A stretch of DNA of 37,086 bases from Fidelibacterota bacterium (GTDB lineage: Bacteria; Fidelibacterota; Marinisomatia; Marinisomatales; AB-629-J13). The notes under the pieces are model-generated. The model saw only the letters and a program-made list of their open reading frames with translations, was not told the DNA's origin and did no database searches. Position numbers and translations under genes: made by a program. Location: contig DASCRE010000140.1 in the NCBI GenBank assembly GCA_034408645.1, positions 1 to 37,086 on the forward strand. The letters are read 5' to 3'. This document shows, piece by piece, positions 8,912 to 19,393 of this stretch. Numbering within the stretch: position 1 is the stretch's first letter; every line of letters begins with the position of its first letter.

Positions 8912-10049
8912 AAATTCTCTTGTTTTGTAAATTAGATAAAAATACTGATCTTTTTCTCTGACTTATGTTTAATAAAATTCCTACTTCGATCAATGTAACA
9001 ATTAAACCGGACCCTCCATAGCTCACCATTGGAATTTGTAGGCCTGTTACCGGTAAAATTCCTGTTACAACGGCAACGTTGATAAACGTGTAACAGATTA
9101 AATTGAAGCCAATTCCTACTGCTAGAAAAATTCCAAATGGGTCTGTACACTCTTTGGCTATTTTAATTCCCCTTCTGTAGATCAGGATAAAAAGGAACAG
9201 TAAAAACATTCCACCCAGAAAGCCAGTTTCTTCACCTATTATTGCAAAAATGAAATCCGTATGGGGAGTGGGTAGAAATTGATCTTTTTGCATGCTCTGT
9301 CCTAACCCCAAACCGAATAAACCTCCATTACCAAGACTAATGAGTGATTGTGATGCTTGATAATTATTGGCACCCTCATGGTTAAACCATGCTAAGAGTC
9401 TATCTAATCGATATGATTTTAACAACAAAATAGGGACCGATAGGGCGATTCCTATCGACCCACATGCCATCAACTGAGATATTTTCGAACCGCCAATGAA
9501 CAATATCACAAATCCAATTAGTACAATTACCATTGCTGTACTGAAGTCTGGTTGTAAGACAATTAGAGTGAATATTGCAACCAGCATAAGCATAGGTGGA
9601 AGCAAACCATTTGTAAAATCGGTCACTTTACGATGATTTGTATCCAGATAAGCAGCTAAATAAATGATAACAGATAATCGGGCAAAGTCAGATGTTTGGA
9701 ATGTAAATGGCCCTAAATGAATCCACCTTGCAGGGAATGTACTACCGGAAACGATTTTGAGAATCAATCCTAGAGAAAGCAATCCAACTGACACACCAAT
9801 CAAAATTGGTGCCCATTGTTTTAACTTCCTATAATCTATAAATATAAATGCTGTCATGGCGCACAAGGCAATGAGCAATCGTTTTAAATGAGCGGTCAAA
9901 TACATTGAGTTTGTCTTACCACCAGTTAGATGAACAGATTGAGCTGAACTTGCGCTGTAAAGCATGATTAGTCCAAACGCAGCGATAACTAAGATTTGTC
10001 CGAGAAGGATATGATCAATATGTCGCTTAATAAGATTTAAATGATGCAT
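8904..10049 (-). CDS. ftsW: SEDS-family peptidoglycan glycosyltransferase FtsW
   Basis: Polytopic membrane protein of 381 aa with SEDS motifs (LQPDFSTAM, PHTDFIFAIIGEETGF, VSYGGSGL). It lies between murD and murG. Confidence 0.9.
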   Translation of the reverse strand: MHHLNLIKRHIDHILLGQILVIAAFGLIMLYSASSAQSVHLTGGKTNSMYLTAHLKRLLIALCAMTAFIFIDYRKLKQWAPILIGVSVGLLSLGLILKIVSGSTFPARWIHLGPFTFQTSDFARLSVIIYLAAYLDTNHRKVTDFTNGLLPPMLMLVAIFTLIVLQPDFSTAMVIVLIGFVILFIGGSKISQLMACGSIGIALSVPILLLKSYRLDRLLAWFNHEGANNYQASQSLISLGNGGLFGLGLGQSMQKDQFLPTPHTDFIFAIIGEETGFLGGMFLLFLFILIYRRGIKIAKECTDPFGIFLAVGIGFNLICYTFINVAVVTGILPVTGLQIPMVSYGGSGLIVTLIEVGILLNISQRKRSVFLSNLQNKRIYG

Positions 10050-10053
10050 TGAA

Positions 10054-11424
10054 TTAAATTTGCTCTAAAACATATTTTTTAAAGCAGTCGCCTCGTTCTT
10101 TATAATTATTAAATTGATCGAAACTTGCACAACCGGGAGATAGCAAAATGATATCCCCCGGATGAGCAATTGAACGGCTCAGGTCCACCGCTTGTTTAAG
10201 ACTATCTGAACTAAACAGTCTTACCGAATCCCTCAATGCGGTTATAATTAATTCCTGAGCCTCGCCATATGCAATAACAGCGTTTACGTTTCCTGTATGT
10301 GGAAGGAGTTCATTAAAATATCCGCCCTTAAATAATCCTCCAAGAATGAGAATCACAGGCTGAGTAAAACTGTCCAAAGCGCACTTTACTGCATCAATGT
10401 TTGTTGCTTTGGAGTCATTTATATATTTAATCCTATTTTCTGTATGAAAATGTTCCATTCTATGGGAAATTGGATGGAAATATTTTATTGATTCAGAAAT
10501 GTGAGATTCTTCAATACCTAGCAAGTGAGCTGTGGTTGCTGCGGCAATGATATTTGAATAATTATGTTTTCCTATCAAAGATATTTCATTGAGTGTGATA
10601 AAAGTTTTATGATTCTTCTTAATTATTCTGGTTTCATTTAAGCCAAAATGAAAAGACTGCTCAGGATTCAAACTGAACGGAATATTATTAATATGTGAAT
10701 TTTCAAAAGTATATTTTATTCTGTTATCATCTTCATTATATACTACATAAGTATTCTCATCCTGATTTATTGATAATTTAATTTTTGCATTTAAGTACTC
10801 ATCAATTGTTCCATGACGGTTTAAATGATCTGGAGATATATTAAGAAAAATACTGACAAATGGTTTAAAGTGAATCAAGAATTCAGTCTGAAAGCTAGAT
10901 ATCTCAAGAATAAAATACCGTTTTGGGTTCGGGTTGATTAAATCATCAAGAACTTTCTGTGAAAAAGAAATACCTATATTTCCTGCTAATACTCCGTGTA
11001 CAGTATCTGTCTGGAAAATAGCTTCTAATAATTTTGAAGTGGTTGTTTTTCCATTTGATCCAGTAACTGCGAGAATTGGTGCATCTGTAAACCAGCTTCC
11101 CAGTTCCAATTCTCCAATTATGGGGATGTCATTATTTAGGACGTTTTGAATTACATCAGTGTTTTGTCCAATTCCAGGTGATACAACTATGAGATCACTA
11201 TCCAGGATTCTTTCACTGTGAGTCCCCGTTTCAAAGGGGATATTTATTTTATTTAATTCAATAGAATAATTATGGACGGCTGAGATTTCTTGGATATCAC
11301 TCACAAACACTTCTGCACCCAGATGATGCAGTAATTTTGCAGCTCCTACTCCACTGATTCCCATTCCGAGGATAGTAACTTTTTTATTTTTAAGGGTTTT
11401 TGGGATAGTCTTAGATATATCCAT
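10054..11424 (-). CDS. murD: UDP-N-acetylmuramoylalanine--D-glutamate ligase
   Basis: N-terminal ILGMGISGVGAAKLL and the P-loop VTGSNGKTTTSKL. 456 aa. Confidence 0.94.
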   Translation of the reverse strand: MDISKTIPKTLKNKKVTILGMGISGVGAAKLLHHLGAEVFVSDIQEISAVHNYSIELNKINIPFETGTHSERILDSDLIVVSPGIGQNTDVIQNVLNNDIPIIGELELGSWFTDAPILAVTGSNGKTTTSKLLEAIFQTDTVHGVLAGNIGISFSQKVLDDLINPNPKRYFILEISSFQTEFLIHFKPFVSIFLNISPDHLNRHGTIDEYLNAKIKLSINQDENTYVVYNEDDNRIKYTFENSHINNIPFSLNPEQSFHFGLNETRIIKKNHKTFITLNEISLIGKHNYSNIIAAATTAHLLGIEESHISESIKYFHPISHRMEHFHTENRIKYINDSKATNIDAVKCALDSFTQPVILILGGLFKGGYFNELLPHTGNVNAVIAYGEAQELIITALRDSVRLFSSDSLKQAVDLSRSIAHPGDIILLSPGCASFDQFNNYKERGDCFKKYVLEQI

Positions 11425-12527
11425 TAGCGAATCTTAAAAGTAGTAAGAGAAAATAATGCCAAAAGAATACCGATAATCCAGAATCTAACTACCACTTTTG
11501 TTTCAGACCAGCCAGCTAATTCAAAATGATGATGAATTGGTGCCATATTGAAAAGCCTTTTACCTTTACCTTTTTTCTTTTTGGTCCACCTGAAATATCC
11601 AATTTGTAGTAGGACGGAGCATGCTTCCCAAACAAATACTCCCCCAATGATAATCAGCAACAACTCTTTTTTTAATAACACTGCTAATGTTCCTAGGGCG
11701 GCACCAGCGGAAAGAGAACCAACATCTCCCATAAAAACTTGTGCAGGTGGAGAATTAAACCAAAGAAACCCGAGACAGGCTCCAGCCATAGCAGATGTAA
11801 ATATAGTCAGTTCACCTGCTCCTGGAAGATATACAATATTTAGATAACTTGAAAAATCTATCCTTCCAGTGATATAGGCAATTGCTCCAAAAACTGTAAA
11901 AGCTATTGCTAATAGTCCGGTCGCAAGTCCATCAAGACCATCAGTTAGATTAACCGCGTTTGACGTTCCTGTTATAACAAATAAGATTACTAAAGGGTAA
12001 AAAAATCCGAAGTCTAAATTATAGTTTTTCAAAAATGGAACTGATGTGATGGTATAAATTCCTTCCCAATTACCCATATTGTATATCCAAACGCTGATTC
12101 CAATACCTAAAAGAGTTTGACCGAATAGTTTGTATCTGGCGATGAGCCCTTTTTCGAAATTTTTAACTACTTTTAAATAATCATCAATAAAACCAACTAG
12201 CCCCATCCATATTGCTGCAAATATTATAATTTGAATGTAGGGGTTTGTCAGGTTTGCCAATAGGAGGGTAGGGAGGAGTACTGCAATTAATATGAGTACT
12301 CCTCCCATTGTGGGTGTTCCTTGCTTTTGTATGTGGGTATGTGGTCCGGTGGATCGTATTTTTTCACCAATATGGTGAGTTTTGAGCATGTGGATGACCT
12401 TCGGACCGAAGAGAAAACTTATTAGTAATGCAAAAATAGCTGCAAGTGCAGATCTGAAAGTGATATATTGAAATAGATTTAGTAGTGACCAATATGATTT
12501 TAAAGGATAAAGAAATTGGTAAAGCAT
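11424..12527 (-). CDS. mraY: Phospho-N-acetylmuramoyl-pentapeptide transferase
   Basis: Motifs GTPTMGGVL, NAVNLTDGLDGLA and APIHHHFE. It is a 10-TM-type membrane protein of 367 aa. Confidence 0.96.
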   Translation of the reverse strand: MLYQFLYPLKSYWSLLNLFQYITFRSALAAIFALLISFLFGPKVIHMLKTHHIGEKIRSTGPHTHIQKQGTPTMGGVLILIAVLLPTLLLANLTNPYIQIIIFAAIWMGLVGFIDDYLKVVKNFEKGLIARYKLFGQTLLGIGISVWIYNMGNWEGIYTITSVPFLKNYNLDFGFFYPLVILFVITGTSNAVNLTDGLDGLATGLLAIAFTVFGAIAYITGRIDFSSYLNIVYLPGAGELTIFTSAMAGACLGFLWFNSPPAQVFMGDVGSLSAGAALGTLAVLLKKELLLIIIGGVFVWEACSVLLQIGYFRWTKKKKGKGKRLFNMAPIHHHFELAGWSETKVVVRFWIIGILLALFSLTTFKIR

Positions 12528-13867
12528 TAGTGAAAAATCCCCTGAATTACTGTTTCCATTGCCATCCCTCTAGATCCCTTAAATAAAATTTTATCTCCTT
12601 CTTTGAACGAATCTTTCAAGGAGGTAATTAATTCATTTTTGGATGAATAGTGCCTATGTTTTATGGATGAATTTAGTTCCATATCGGTAAATATAGTTTT
12701 CTCTCCCAAAAGATACACAGCGTCTAATGCGCTTTGTTTACATTTTTCCCCTATTTTTCGATGGTGCAATTCTGTGTCCTGCCCTAATTCAAACATATCT
12801 CCAAAAATGAAGATTTTTCGTCCATTTCCCCCGAAAGCCATTAAATAATCGAGTGCAGCGATGGTTGATTCTAAATTTGCATTATAGGTATCATCAATAA
12901 CAGTAATAGAATTAATTTGTTTTACCTGACACCTTCCCTTCGGATGGTCAAAGGTTGTAATGCGTTCCCTAAACACATTCCACTCAATTCCAAGAGTGAT
13001 AGATACGGATGCTGCTGCAATTACATTTTTTAAAAAAGTTAGATTCCGGGAATCTGTAGATATTTCCTCCGAATCAATAATTAAAGTCAAACTTCCATCA
13101 TTTTCAGAGATAATATCAGCGGGAAAATCACAGGTTGGTGTTAACCCATAAGTTATTTTTTCCCCAGAAGAGGGAAGGGCACTGATTTTTTCATCTGCCT
13201 TATTAATAAACGCAAAACCGTTATTTAATGATAGAAATAATTCCCCTTTTTCCTTTGCGATTTCCTCCACAGATCCAAATCCCTCTAAATGTGCAGGAGC
13301 TATGTTAGTAATAAGTCCATGATTCGGTTTAGTCAATTCGCATAAATAACGAATATCTCCTTTTTGATTTGCACCTAATTCTAAGATAGATATTTCATGG
13401 GATGAAGTCATAGTTAACAACGTTAGCGGAACCCCAATGGATGTGTTATAATTCCCTTTGGTGGCGTGAACATTCATATTTCCATTCAAAACATGTTTTA
13501 TTAATTCTTTTGTTGATGTTTTTCCATTTGTTCCTGTGATACCGATTACAGGGATATCGATATTTTCTCTCCATAAACTGGCAGTTTGGCCTATAGTTGT
13601 TAAAGGATCATCAACTCTAATTTGTTGAATAGTTTTACATTCTTTCTGAATTTCTGATACCAAAGCTGCACTGCATCCCTCTAACTCTACATCGGGAACA
13701 AAATTATGTCCATCATTCCGTAGACCAGATAAAGCTATGTAGAGGTCCCCTGGTTTTACATTCCGACTGTCAATCGTAATACCCATGATATCTGAATCCA
13801 CCTTGACACTGGAAATGTCAGAAAAACATTCTGTAAATCCCGCTGGATCAGGTAAGGCAATTCTCAT
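12527..13867 (-). CDS. murF: UDP-N-acetylmuramoyl-tripeptide--D-alanyl-D-alanine ligase
   Basis: Mur-ligase P-loop [13 protein letters not shown]. 446 aa, between murE and mraY. Confidence 0.92.
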   Translation of the reverse strand: MRIALPDPAGFTECFSDISSVKVDSDIMGITIDSRNVKPGDLYIALSGLRNDGHNFVPDVELEGCSAALVSEIQKECKTIQQIRVDDPLTTIGQTASLWRENIDIPVIGITGTNGKTSTKELIKHVLNGNMNVHATKGNYNTSIGVPLTLLTMTSSHEISILELGANQKGDIRYLCELTKPNHGLITNIAPAHLEGFGSVEEIAKEKGELFLSLNNGFAFINKADEKISALPSSGEKITYGLTPTCDFPADIISENDGSLTLIIDSEEISTDSRNLTFLKNVIAAASVSITLGIEWNVFRERITTFDHPKGRCQVKQINSITVIDDTYNANLESTIAALDYLMAFGGNGRKIFIFGDMFELGQDTELHHRKIGEKCKQSALDAVYLLGEKTIFTDMELNSSIKHRHYSSKNELITSLKDSFKEGDKILFKGSRGMAMETVIQGIFH

Positions 13868-15330
13868 GAAATAAACTCCTTTACAGTGTCTACATCAGAA
13901 TAGGGTATCCGTTCATTATTTATTTTCTGGAAATCTTCACATCCTTTTCCTAAAATTACAACTGCGTCCTCAGGCTTCAGATTCTCAAGTGCATTTATCA
14001 ACCCCCTCTTTCGATCGGGGTAAATTGTGAAACAATTGGATGAAAATCCTGAAACGATATCAGCAGCTATATTATCAGGATCTTCATTCCTTGGATTGTC
14101 GGGGGTTATATAACAATGGTTTGAATAGTGTTCTGCAATGGACGCCATGATGGCACGTTTACTTTTATCCCGGTTTCCGCCAGCCCCAAATACGGTTTGA
14201 ATATGTCCGTTTATCAATGACTTTACTGTTGAAAAAACTTTTTCATATGCATCTGGTGTATGGGCATAGTCGATAATAATTGTTCCGGAATTTGATTTTT
14301 TAAAATACTCCATTCTTCCAGGGATATGTGTGCAATTTTTTATACCATTCTCAATAGAAGAAGAGCAAATATTCATACTATGTGCAGTTGCAACAGCCAT
14401 CAATATATTCTCCCTATTGAAATCTCCTATTAAGGGGGAGTGAATTGGATATATTTTATTGCCTGCTATTATCTCACCATCAATCCCATTAAGAGTTGAT
14501 TGAAATACAGAAAATTGAATCATATCCTTCGAGATTGAAGATGTAGATACAACAGGAGCTGGACATATAGTTTTTAATATTTTTCCATATTGACAATCCA
14601 GATTAATAATAGCAGTTGCGTCAAGAGGAAGCATCTTGAATAATTTAGCTTTTGCTTGAAAATAGTCTTCCATTGTATGGTGATAGTCTAAATGATCTTG
14701 GGTTAAATTGGTAAACACTGCATAATTAAAATTCACATCGGCAACACGAAATTGTTCAATAGCATGAGAGGATACTTCCATAATTAAATGAGTTGTACCA
14801 TTATTAATTAACTGATTAATTGTTTTATGTAGATTCACTGGATCCATGGTCGTGAGCTTTTTTTCTTCATTATATTGTTTTGTTTTTAATCCCAACGTAC
14901 CTAAAACAGCAGATTCTTTCCCGTCAGCTATTAAAATGGAGTTTAATAGATAAGCAGTAGATGTTTTTCCATTAGTACCAGTTATTCCCGTAATATTTAT
15001 TTTTTCAGATGGATTATTATAAAATTCCGAAGCCAGTTTTGATAATGCACGCCGGGGGTTTGCTACTGATATGAGAGGGATGGAAACAGAACCAACATCT
15101 CTACCATTTACCAGAACGGATGCTGCGCCATTTTCAATCGCTTCTTGTACATATTGATGTCCATCTACAGAATGGCCCGGGATAGCAATGAACATATCTC
15201 CTTGGACCACTTGCTTAGAATTAGTACATAATCTACTGATCTCTATATCATCTGTTACTAAATTTAGTGGATTAATATTTTTTACCAATTCTGTGAGTTT
15301 TTTAGGCATTTTAATTAAGTCCAATGACAC
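13864..15330 (-). CDS. murE: UDP-N-acetylmuramoyl-L-alanyl-D-glutamate--2,6-diaminopimelate ligase
   Basis: P-loop [14 protein letters not shown]. The DNPR motif ([10 protein letters not shown]) is characteristic of meso-DAP-adding MurE. 488 aa. Confidence 0.93.
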   Translation of the reverse strand: MSLDLIKMPKKLTELVKNINPLNLVTDDIEISRLCTNSKQVVQGDMFIAIPGHSVDGHQYVQEAIENGAASVLVNGRDVGSVSIPLISVANPRRALSKLASEFYNNPSEKINITGITGTNGKTSTAYLLNSILIADGKESAVLGTLGLKTKQYNEEKKLTTMDPVNLHKTINQLINNGTTHLIMEVSSHAIEQFRVADVNFNYAVFTNLTQDHLDYHHTMEDYFQAKAKLFKMLPLDATAIINLDCQYGKILKTICPAPVVSTSSISKDMIQFSVFQSTLNGIDGEIIAGNKIYPIHSPLIGDFNRENILMAVATAHSMNICSSSIENGIKNCTHIPGRMEYFKKSNSGTIIIDYAHTPDAYEKVFSTVKSLINGHIQTVFGAGGNRDKSKRAIMASIAEHYSNHCYITPDNPRNEDPDNIAADIVSGFSSNCFTIYPDRKRGLINALENLKPEDAVVILGKGCEDFQKINNERIPYSDVDTVKEFIS

Positions 15331-17284
15331 AAGTTGAACCGCAGGTTTTTATTAAATTGGGCTTTGGAGATTGCCAATGCACAATTCCAGAACCGTGAAC
15401 ACTATAATCAAATCCACTTTCCTTTATTTTTCTTACAGCTTTTAATAGACTCATTTGGCGCACATCCGGAACGATACAATCTTTATTTTCATCAATTCCT
15501 GGGTGATTTAATAGAGTAGGATCTTGGATATTTTTTGTAAATACATTTTTGTTTGAAGCCCATACATTATTTCCATTTAGGATTTCTTTTGGTTGTATTT
15601 TATGTTGAAATGAGTCATCCATGTTTATTATCCTTTGGGCGACATTTCGAAAAACAGGCGCTGCCCCTATACTGCCCCAATGGGAACCGAATTTTGGTTC
15701 ATCAATTATTATTACGCCTAATAGCAATGGTTTTTCTGCAGGAAAGAATCCAACAAAATTGGAAATAAATTTAGTCTCGGAATAAGATCCATTAATAAAT
15801 TTTTCAGCAGTTCCGGTTTTTCCTGCTATATCCCAGCCAGGGATTGCGGCAGATGATCCGGTACCCATTTTAACTGTTTTAACAAGAATATTTTTTATTG
15901 TTTCCGTTGTTTCTAAGGAAGCAACTCTGCGATGAACTTTGGAATTGTTATTTTTCATTATTTTACTGTTGTGACTCATTATCTGTTTGACAATTTTGGG
16001 TCTAAGTAAATAGCCTCCATTCGCAATTGCGGAATACGCTGATGCTAATTGTAAAGCGGTCACACTGATTTCTTGCCCCATTGAGATAACTCCTGGTGAA
16101 ATCTTGCTCCAATTGTGTGGTTCTCTAACGAATCCCTTGGACTCACCAGGTAAATTGATATCTGTTTCAATTCCAAATCCAAATTTTTTTATATATTGAT
16201 ATAAGGATTGACCCTGTAGGAGTTCCGTTATTTTTATTATCCCTACATTACTTGACTGTTCTAGTACTTGGGAAAATGTTAAAAGACCGTACTCCTCATG
16301 ATCCCGAATTCGCACCCCGTTGTAAAAAAAACTTCCATTCTCACAGAAGAATTCGTCATCGACACCCACTATTTTTTTATCAATAGCAGCAGTTGCTGAT
16401 ACAATCTTAAAGGTGGATCCAGGTTCAAACTGGTCAGTTATTGCCTTTATTTTTTGATACTCTAAAGGATAGCTACTGGGATGATTTGGGTCAAAACTAG
16501 GGATAGAAGCCATAGCTAAAATCTCACCTGTTTCCGGATTCATAAGAACACCTGTCGCTCCTTTTGCATCTGTCGCATTCATCTGTTTTTTTAATTCGTC
16601 TTCCAAAATACATTGATATTCAATATTCAGTGTCACTTGTATATTGGAACCGTTGGAGGGATTTACATAAGGATAGCTATTGTCCCGTTTACTTTTCCCT
16701 GTTCCTGAACGTTTCTTCATAATCCATCCAGATGTTCCTGTTAAAACGGAATCATATTGTTTCTCGATCCCACTTAATCCCCGACTATCTGGATCAGTGA
16801 ATCCGATTAATTGGCTTCCAGTAGAGCCAAAAGGATAATGCCTGAAATAATCCTTCTTAACTATAACTCCATAATTTTTGAGGTTTGATATATAATCACA
16901 CTGAGAATCAAGTATATTTCTTTCCAGGAAAACGAAGGGCTCTTGTGAGTTTAGTTTTTCCAAATAATAGGCAGTAGGTTTTTCCGTGCATTGACTCAAT
17001 ATATGAGCTACAGAAATTTTGTCAATAATATCAGATGGTTTTCCACATAGTGTGATATGAGAGATATTTCTGGTTAAAAGCACATTACTTCGATCATAGA
17101 TATTTCCACGAGATGCTTGCAAAACTTCTTTATGTTGTCCTTGTAGAAACCCGTTGCCAACATAAAATTCATTTTCGAGAACTTGAATTTGGAATAATCT
17201 AGAAATAAGGATGCACCATCCGAGGACCACAAAAGATGAGAGAACAGTAATTCTTGTCCGATATCTTAGAAAAGATTTTGTCAA
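15311..17284 (-). CDS. ftsI: Division-specific class B penicillin-binding protein (FtsI/PBP3-type) with C-terminal PASTA-like domain
   Basis: N-terminal membrane anchor and transpeptidase motifs STFK (PGSTFKIV), SSN (EQSSNVG) and KTG (AGKTGTA). The last ~55 aa ([22 protein letters not shown]...VHWQSPKP...) resemble a PASTA domain. It sits between ftsL and murE. Confidence 0.9.
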   Translation of the reverse strand: MTKSFLRYRTRITVLSSFVVLGWCILISRLFQIQVLENEFYVGNGFLQGQHKEVLQASRGNIYDRSNVLLTRNISHITLCGKPSDIIDKISVAHILSQCTEKPTAYYLEKLNSQEPFVFLERNILDSQCDYISNLKNYGVIVKKDYFRHYPFGSTGSQLIGFTDPDSRGLSGIEKQYDSVLTGTSGWIMKKRSGTGKSKRDNSYPYVNPSNGSNIQVTLNIEYQCILEDELKKQMNATDAKGATGVLMNPETGEILAMASIPSFDPNHPSSYPLEYQKIKAITDQFEPGSTFKIVSATAAIDKKIVGVDDEFFCENGSFFYNGVRIRDHEEYGLLTFSQVLEQSSNVGIIKITELLQGQSLYQYIKKFGFGIETDINLPGESKGFVREPHNWSKISPGVISMGQEISVTALQLASAYSAIANGGYLLRPKIVKQIMSHNSKIMKNNNSKVHRRVASLETTETIKNILVKTVKMGTGSSAAIPGWDIAGKTGTAEKFINGSYSETKFISNFVGFFPAEKPLLLGVIIIDEPKFGSHWGSIGAAPVFRNVAQRIINMDDSFQHKIQPKEILNGNNVWASNKNVFTKNIQDPTLLNHPGIDENKDCIVPDVRQMSLLKAVRKIKESGFDYSVHGSGIVHWQSPKPNLIKTCGSTCVIGLN

Positions 17285-17607
17285 AAACTGCTCAAATTGT
17301 CCGGATTAATATGGATGGAAATTGATTCGGGCTTAGCAAATACCATCCCCCAGTTCATTTTTGCTTTTTTAGCAATTACGTCAGGTCTTGATAAAGCATT
17401 AATTTCACTTTGCAAGAGATGGATGTCATTCATTAATTCTTCAACTGTTTCTCTCTGAATATCGAGGGCATACAGCGAATCATCAATTTCCGTATATACC
17501 CAAAGATATAGCACCAATCCTCCTATAGATAAACAGGTAACGACATAGAAAAACAATGTGTCAATTATATTCTGAACTTTTTTTGAATTGCGTTTTTTAT
17601 TTGGCAT
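17281..17607 (-). CDS. ftsL: FtsL-like cell division protein
   Basis: 108 aa with a basic N-terminus, one TM helix (LFFYVVTCLSIGGLVLYLWVY) and a short coiled-coil-like region. The call comes from this architecture and its position between rsmH and ftsI. Confidence 0.7.
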   Translation of the reverse strand: MPNKKRNSKKVQNIIDTLFFYVVTCLSIGGLVLYLWVYTEIDDSLYALDIQRETVEELMNDIHLLQSEINALSRPDVIAKKAKMNWGMVFAKPESISIHINPDNLSSF

Positions 17608-17610
17608 TTT

Positions 17611-18489
17611 TTAAATTTTTTCTGCCGCACGAAGTTTTGCACTTCTAGATCGGGTGTTTGCACTTATTTCTTTTTTTGAGGGAATTACCGGCTTTTTTGT
17701 TAGTATTTTGAGCGACCCGTCTTTGTTTAATTTCTTAAATGCATGTTTTACCAGGCGATCCTCTAGTGAATGGTAACTGATGATGACAATTTTTCCTCTA
17801 TTAGATAGATAGTCAATGAATATGTTTAAGAATTGTTCGAGTATCTCCAATTCTCTATTAATTGCAATTCTGATAGATTGAAACACTCTTGAGAAAGATT
17901 TTGTACGGTTTGCAGGTGGTGTTGATTTTTGTATAATATTTTTTAAATCGAATGTTGTTTTTAATCTTGTTGAATGATATATATTATAAGCGATTTTTCT
18001 TGCATATCGTTCCTCACCAAAATCTTTAAGGATCTTTTCCAGATCCTTCAGTGATAATTTCTTTAAGTAATTGGTGGCGGTTATACCGTTGGTTTGATCA
18101 AATCGCATGTCTAACAGAGAATCTTGAGAATATGAAAATCCACGATTAATAGATTCCAATTGAAAAGAGGATAACCCTAAATCAAGCAATATTCCATCCA
18201 CTGAATGCACTCCCTCTTTTTGTAGAATATCAGGAAGATGATGATATGAATTATGATGTAGAGACAGTTGAGCATTAGGAGTGGAGAAATTCTGATGGCA
18301 CATATCCAATACTTCAATATCTCTGTCAATTCCTACTATTTTCCCTCGAGGAAAAAGATGGGGAATAATATGTTTTGTGTATCCGCCTTGGCCAATAGTT
18401 CCATCCACATAAATAAGATTTGATTTGATATCTAGATAATATAGTACTTCCTCCACCATAACTGGTATATGATGAAGCGCTGTGTTCAT
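17611..18489 (-). CDS. rsmH: 16S rRNA (cytosine1402-N4)-methyltransferase
   Basis: HIPVMVEEVL start region, a SAM-binding DGTIGQGGYT motif and SYHSLEDRLVK. It is the second gene of the dcw cluster. Confidence 0.94.
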   Translation of the reverse strand: MNTALHHIPVMVEEVLYYLDIKSNLIYVDGTIGQGGYTKHIIPHLFPRGKIVGIDRDIEVLDMCHQNFSTPNAQLSLHHNSYHHLPDILQKEGVHSVDGILLDLGLSSFQLESINRGFSYSQDSLLDMRFDQTNGITATNYLKKLSLKDLEKILKDFGEERYARKIAYNIYHSTRLKTTFDLKNIIQKSTPPANRTKSFSRVFQSIRIAINRELEILEQFLNIFIDYLSNRGKIVIISYHSLEDRLVKHAFKKLNKDGSLKILTKKPVIPSKKEISANTRSRSAKLRAAEKI

Positions 18490-18950
18490 TACAAGATAAT
18501 CTTTTCAGCCAATTCATCGAATGCTTCTTTATTTTGAGATAATACTTGTTGATCAAAATTTTTAAGTAAACTTGGGTTCCAAATTTCAATTTTGTTTATC
18601 AAGCCGATTATGGATACCTGCCTGTCGATCTTAGCATAGTCCATCAATTCAGTTGAGAGAAGTATACGACCTTGTTTGTCATAGGATACAGTAGATGCAA
18701 ATCGAGAATATTCTCTAGTAAACGCACGGTTGACCTGGGAAGATGACTGCTCTCTAAGTTTAGTGAGCACTTTGTTCCATTCCACTAGGGGGTAAACCCA
18801 AATACACTGATCCATTCCTTTGGTAATCGCAAAGGAATTATCATTTTCCGGAGAAAGGACTTGACGAAATTTCGCCGGTATATTGACCCTGCTTTTTGGA
18901 TCAACAGTGTACGAATATTCTCCTGTAAATGTATTTGGACTATGTGACAT
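18489..18950 (-). CDS. mraZ: Transcriptional regulator MraZ
   Basis: 153 aa with two SpoVT/AbrB-like halves, each carrying a DxxxR motif (VDPKSRVNIP; YDKQGRILL). It is the first gene of the dcw cluster. Confidence 0.93.
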   Translation of the reverse strand: MSHSPNTFTGEYSYTVDPKSRVNIPAKFRQVLSPENDNSFAITKGMDQCIWVYPLVEWNKVLTKLREQSSSQVNRAFTREYSRFASTVSYDKQGRILLSTELMDYAKIDRQVSIIGLINKIEIWNPSLLKNFDQQVLSQNKEAFDELAEKIIL

Positions 18951-18973
18951 TTTATGTTAAAGAAAGGTATAAC

Positions 18974-19020
18974 TACCCACAATTACCCACAAGTCTAATA
19001 ATATTACCCACTAAAATCAA
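18974..19020 (-). promoter_or_regulatory. Putative MraZ operator (3x GTGGGTA) overlapping a candidate mraZ promoter
   Basis: On the minus strand, GTGGGTA occurs at 19011-19005, 18990-18984 and 18980-18974 (spacings 21 and 10 bp). The last copy is 23 nt from the mraZ ATG. A candidate sigma70-like promoter is TTGATT (19020-19015), a 17-nt spacer, then TAGACT (18997-18992). Confidence 0.5.
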
Positions 19021-19071
19021 ATATAATTTTACAATTACTTGTTTAAGTTTTGTCACAAATATATGATGTAT

Positions 19072-19102
19072 AAAAAAAGGATTAATCTAGTTAGATTAAT
19101 CC
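19072..19102 (-). terminator. Rho-independent terminator after the RodZ-like gene
   Basis: A near-perfect palindrome GGATTAATCTA..TAGATTAATCC spans 19079-19102. On the minus strand it is followed by T7 (the plus-strand A7 at 19072-19078). It sits between the RodZ-like gene's 3' end and the mraZ promoter. Confidence 0.7.
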
Positions 19103-19133
19103 TTTTCAAATTGTTGGAGTAAAAGAGGAAGTA

Positions 19134-19388
19134 TTACTGTTTTTTGGTATATTCCCGGACAGAATAAGATGGTGGATTTTCGGTTATTCTAATCTTTATA
19201 GGATTTAAGAGATTTTGGAATCTATCTAAAGTAATTTCTTCTGATTTCCCTCTGATAGAAAGTGTTACATTTTTTGTATGATCGATTATAAGAGTTAAAG
19301 TACTATCAATGTAAAATGGTTCATTTCTCTCTCTATTTAGGATAGTATGAGAAAAATTCGTCGAATCATATGAAGTAAAAACTGACAA
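19134..19388 (-). CDS. Hypothetical protein; probably the detached C-terminal (DUF4115-like, beta-rich) part of the RodZ-like protein
   Basis: 84-aa ORF from a TTG start. Its reading frame stays open upstream through the C9 tract. The strand-like pattern (TLTLIIDHTKNVTLSIRGKSEEITL) resembles RodZ C-terminal domains. See the corresponding finding. Confidence 0.5.
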   Translation of the reverse strand: MSVFTSYDSTNFSHTILNRERNEPFYIDSTLTLIIDHTKNVTLSIRGKSEEITLDRFQNLLNPIKIRITENPPSYSVREYTKKQ

Positions 19389-19393
19389 ATGGC

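Noticed and set aside
18326-18982. Same-strand overlapping ORFs of 87 aa and 65 aa across the rsmH/mraZ junction and the mraZ start
   Set aside because: They are out-of-frame with rsmH and mraZ, whose frames carry the family motifs. There are no motifs in the alternative frames.
19018-19025. TATATTTG on the minus strand upstream of mraZ matches the Bacteroidetes-type -7 promoter element TAnnTTTG
   Set aside because: No TTTG -33 partner lies at the expected ~19-bp spacing; the nearest is about 30 nt away. The genome also visibly uses Shine-Dalgarno sequences, unlike typical Bacteroidetes. I kept it only as an alternative TSS hypothesis under the MraZ finding.
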